Positions 61,406 through 64,000 of a stretch of 64,000 nucleotides of DNA are shown here, piece by piece. Position 1 is the stretch's first letter, and every line of letters starts with the position of its first letter. This stretch comes from Octopus sinensis. Its lineage: Eukaryota. Location of the stretch: positions 23,498,001-23,562,000 of the forward strand of contig NC_042999.1 in NCBI RefSeq assembly GCF_006345805.1, in the 5' to 3' direction. The translations under genes and the position numbers were made by a program. The notes under the pieces are model-generated. The model worked only from the letters and a program-made list of their open reading frames with translations, was not told the origin of the DNA and ran no database searches.

Positions 61406-61865
61406 ATATATATATATATAATATATATATATATATATACACATATATAGGATCTAGTTTTTTTCATTCGCAAAATATGCATTGTCTAAAAGACAGTAAA
61501 AAACCCTGAAAATCGGCTATAATAATGTAGCCTTCCTGTCTCATTGCTTTAAAGGTATGATGCTGTGGAGAAAATACTGGAGAAAGAAGTTACAGAGGTT
61601 TAAAAATCGAAAAAAAAAACTGTATATCTTTTAGCCAATAGCGAGACAGAAATTATCTGCGTTTAGTGGAGTAGTGTCAACTTTAAGGTTGTACCCTGTG
61701 AAATTTATAGTTTAGCGTCTGACCTATTCATTGTAGGTTTCTAAATAAACAGAAATACCTAATAAAATCAACAAGTATCACGTTACAGTTTTTTTTGTCT
61801 CTTCATTGATTGTATAATTTTATTATTTTAAAAAATTTGTTATATTAATATATTCATCAGCATGT

Positions 61866-61927
61866 TTTTTTTTTGCTGTAGTTTCAGCTCATTGCTGTGG
61901 CCATGTTGATGCACCGCCGTTAACTTT
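61866..61927 (-). mobile_element. 62-bp LINE/SINE-A-type tail with 7-bp TSD
   Basis: GGCGGTGCATCAACATGGCCACAGCAATGAGCTGAAAC + poly(A); TSD AGCATGT at 61859-61865 and 61928-61934. Confidence 0.75.
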
Positions 61928-62747
61928 AGCATGTCTTTATTTTATGCGTATTTCAGTATTATGTATACCTGCTATGTATTTATGTACATCATTAATGTAT
62001 AAGTATCCGAAGCGAAGTCAGACGCAAGCAAAATCACATTCTCTGACTATATGCAAAATGGTGTGAGAACCATCTGCCGGTATGTCGCAACCTTTCATAC
62101 CACGAAAAACATACATACATACATACATACATACATACATGCATGCATGTACGCACGCATAAAGACACATACACATGCACATACACACACACACACACGC
62201 TCACACACACACACACACACAAACACACACGTACGCACACACACACACGCACACACATCCTCCTTGACTCTCTCGTCGCTGACACATGACGAAAGGGACT
62301 CTTTCTGTCCATTTCTTTCCTAAAGACAAGACGTTCTTTTACCTATCTCCTCTCATGACTGAAAAAGGATCGAGTCTTTCTCATTTGCAAAATTAGCCCC
62401 ACTTAATTTTACTCAGATTGTTTTCAATTTTGGAGTATCGATGCAACTCTGACTTTTGATTACGACCAACCAATCTCGTAAATTAAGGAATCTGATATTA
62501 TTTGGCATTAGAATTAACAAATTTGGGTAATTTTAGCCAATTAATAGACAGCGTGGCATTAGCAGCTTGTTACCATTACAACCACACGCTGTTTTGTGGT
62601 TTACTATTGTCTATGTTGATTTTTCACACTTAATTCTTCACACCACGAGATTCTTTTCGCCTGCCTGTTTTCTTTTAATTTTTCTGTGTATATTACATAT
62701 TTTTCTGTGCTTCTGTGTGTTAGTATTTTCCTATGTCAGTGTTTCTC

Positions 62748-62790
62748 CGCCCGTTGACGAGGGACAAACATCCCGAAACTAGTTCGAGCG
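62748..62790 (+). ncRNA. Minimal HHR-like motif (C3U variant) in a pseudo-LTR
   Basis: CGCCCG-TTGACGA-GGGA-CAAACA-TCCC-GAAAC-TA-GTT-CGAGCG. Confidence 0.55.
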
Positions 62791-63492
62791 TATCACTCAG
62801 GCTTGCGAGGAAGGGATGGCCTCCCTTTGCTGTCTTTTTTCTGTCTTAGTATTTTTCTGTGCTTTTTTTCTGTGTTAATATTTTTACATATTTTTATTTC
62901 ATTTATTTTTGAGACTCATTGACTCAGATAGCTGGATTTATGATTTCACTAGGTTAATTCTATTCATAAGAATGTAAATTAGGAGTATTTCTTAAACCGT
63001 TAGCTTGACATTTCAACAACTTAATTGAAATTTAACCCACATAATAGGAACTGAGAGAGATATCGTGGAACAGAGAAACTGTGGGCGATACAGATAATTT
63101 GACATTATTTTTGAACTCTGCATGCAAAAACATACGAGATACAGGTATTCTTTTCCTTGAGACAAATTCTTTGTTGACCAGAGTTATTCTTATCGTAGTT
63201 TACAAATCCAAGCTTGAATACATTATTTAGCTTTGGATTTTTGGAGACAGACACACGCACATTAATACATAAATGTACAAATAAACTTTTATATGAATAC
63301 ATACATCCACATGCACTTATGTATTAATGATGTACACAAATACATGACAGGTATACATAATACTGAAATACGCATAAAGTAAACACATGCAGACAAATAT
63401 ATTAATACAACAAATTTAAAATATAAAACTATATACAGCCAAAGAAGATACAAAAGAAACAGCAAGATGATACATGTTGATTTTATTAGGTA

Positions 63493-63893
63493 CTAGCAGT
63501 ATCGCCTGGCGTTGCTCGGGTTTGTAAGGGAAATAACTATAAAGCATTTTTAGAGAGTTATAGCCCAAAAAATAGCAAAAAAATGCATTAAAAATGGAAA
63601 AAAAATTATGGTAAATTTTTTTTTAAATCGTTGACTCATCGTAGACATTTTTAGAGAGTTACTTCCCTTATATAAAACCGAGTAAAAAATGCATTAAAAT
63701 GGAAAAAAATGATGGTAAATTATTTTTAAAATCGTAGACTCATCGTAGACGCGCGCTAATACCCAGAAGGGCTCGATATGAATCACGACTATAAGATACC
63801 CGAATTTGGTTAAACTGCACCGCAAAATGTGGGAGTTGTTAGGAATCTAAATCGTAGGGGACAGACACACAACTTCACTTTTATATATAAAGA
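63493..63893 (-). mobile_element. Helitron family C
   Basis: TC...CTAG termini; the empty A|T site is preserved in the inverted paralogue at ~61755. Confidence 0.9.
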
Positions 63894-64000
63894 TTTCTGT
63901 TTAGTTAGAAACCTACAATGAACAGGTCAGACGCTAAACTATGCATTTCACAGGGTACAACCTTAAAGTTGACATCGCTCGGCTAGACACAGAAAATTCC

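Overview
Repeat-saturated, AT-rich animal DNA, probably an intronic or intergenic stretch of an octopus-like coleoid cephalopod. That assignment is inferred from the SINE, Helitron and microsatellite content only. No host protein-coding exon, rRNA, true tRNA gene or CRISPR array could be supported. Almost all listed ORFs are microsatellite translations or decayed transposon frames. The window is a nested mosaic of: (i) at least four tRNA-derived SINE families (called A, B, F, G here); (ii) LINE remnants (R4/Dong, RTE, CR1/L2-group, Tx1, HERO-like); (iii) Penelope-like element (PLE) remnants and pseudo-LTRs; (iv) three non-autonomous Helitron families; (v) mariner/Tc1, Merlin-like and hAT remnants plus foldback elements; (vi) long micro- and minisatellites. 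The best lead is a set of about nine minimal hammerhead-ribozyme (HHR) motifs. One ~960-bp ORF-less element in (TA)n (60143-61102) carries two identical canonical HHRs 533 nt apart in direct repeats plus an inverted arm, a retrozyme/PLE-like unit predicted to release a 533-nt RNA. Other leads: SINE-B multimers mobilised as single units, a SINE-LINE shared 3' stem-loop visible within the window, and a head-to-tail Helitron dimer in one empty site. Motif and TSD coordinates were counted by hand; boundaries of decayed elements are approximate.
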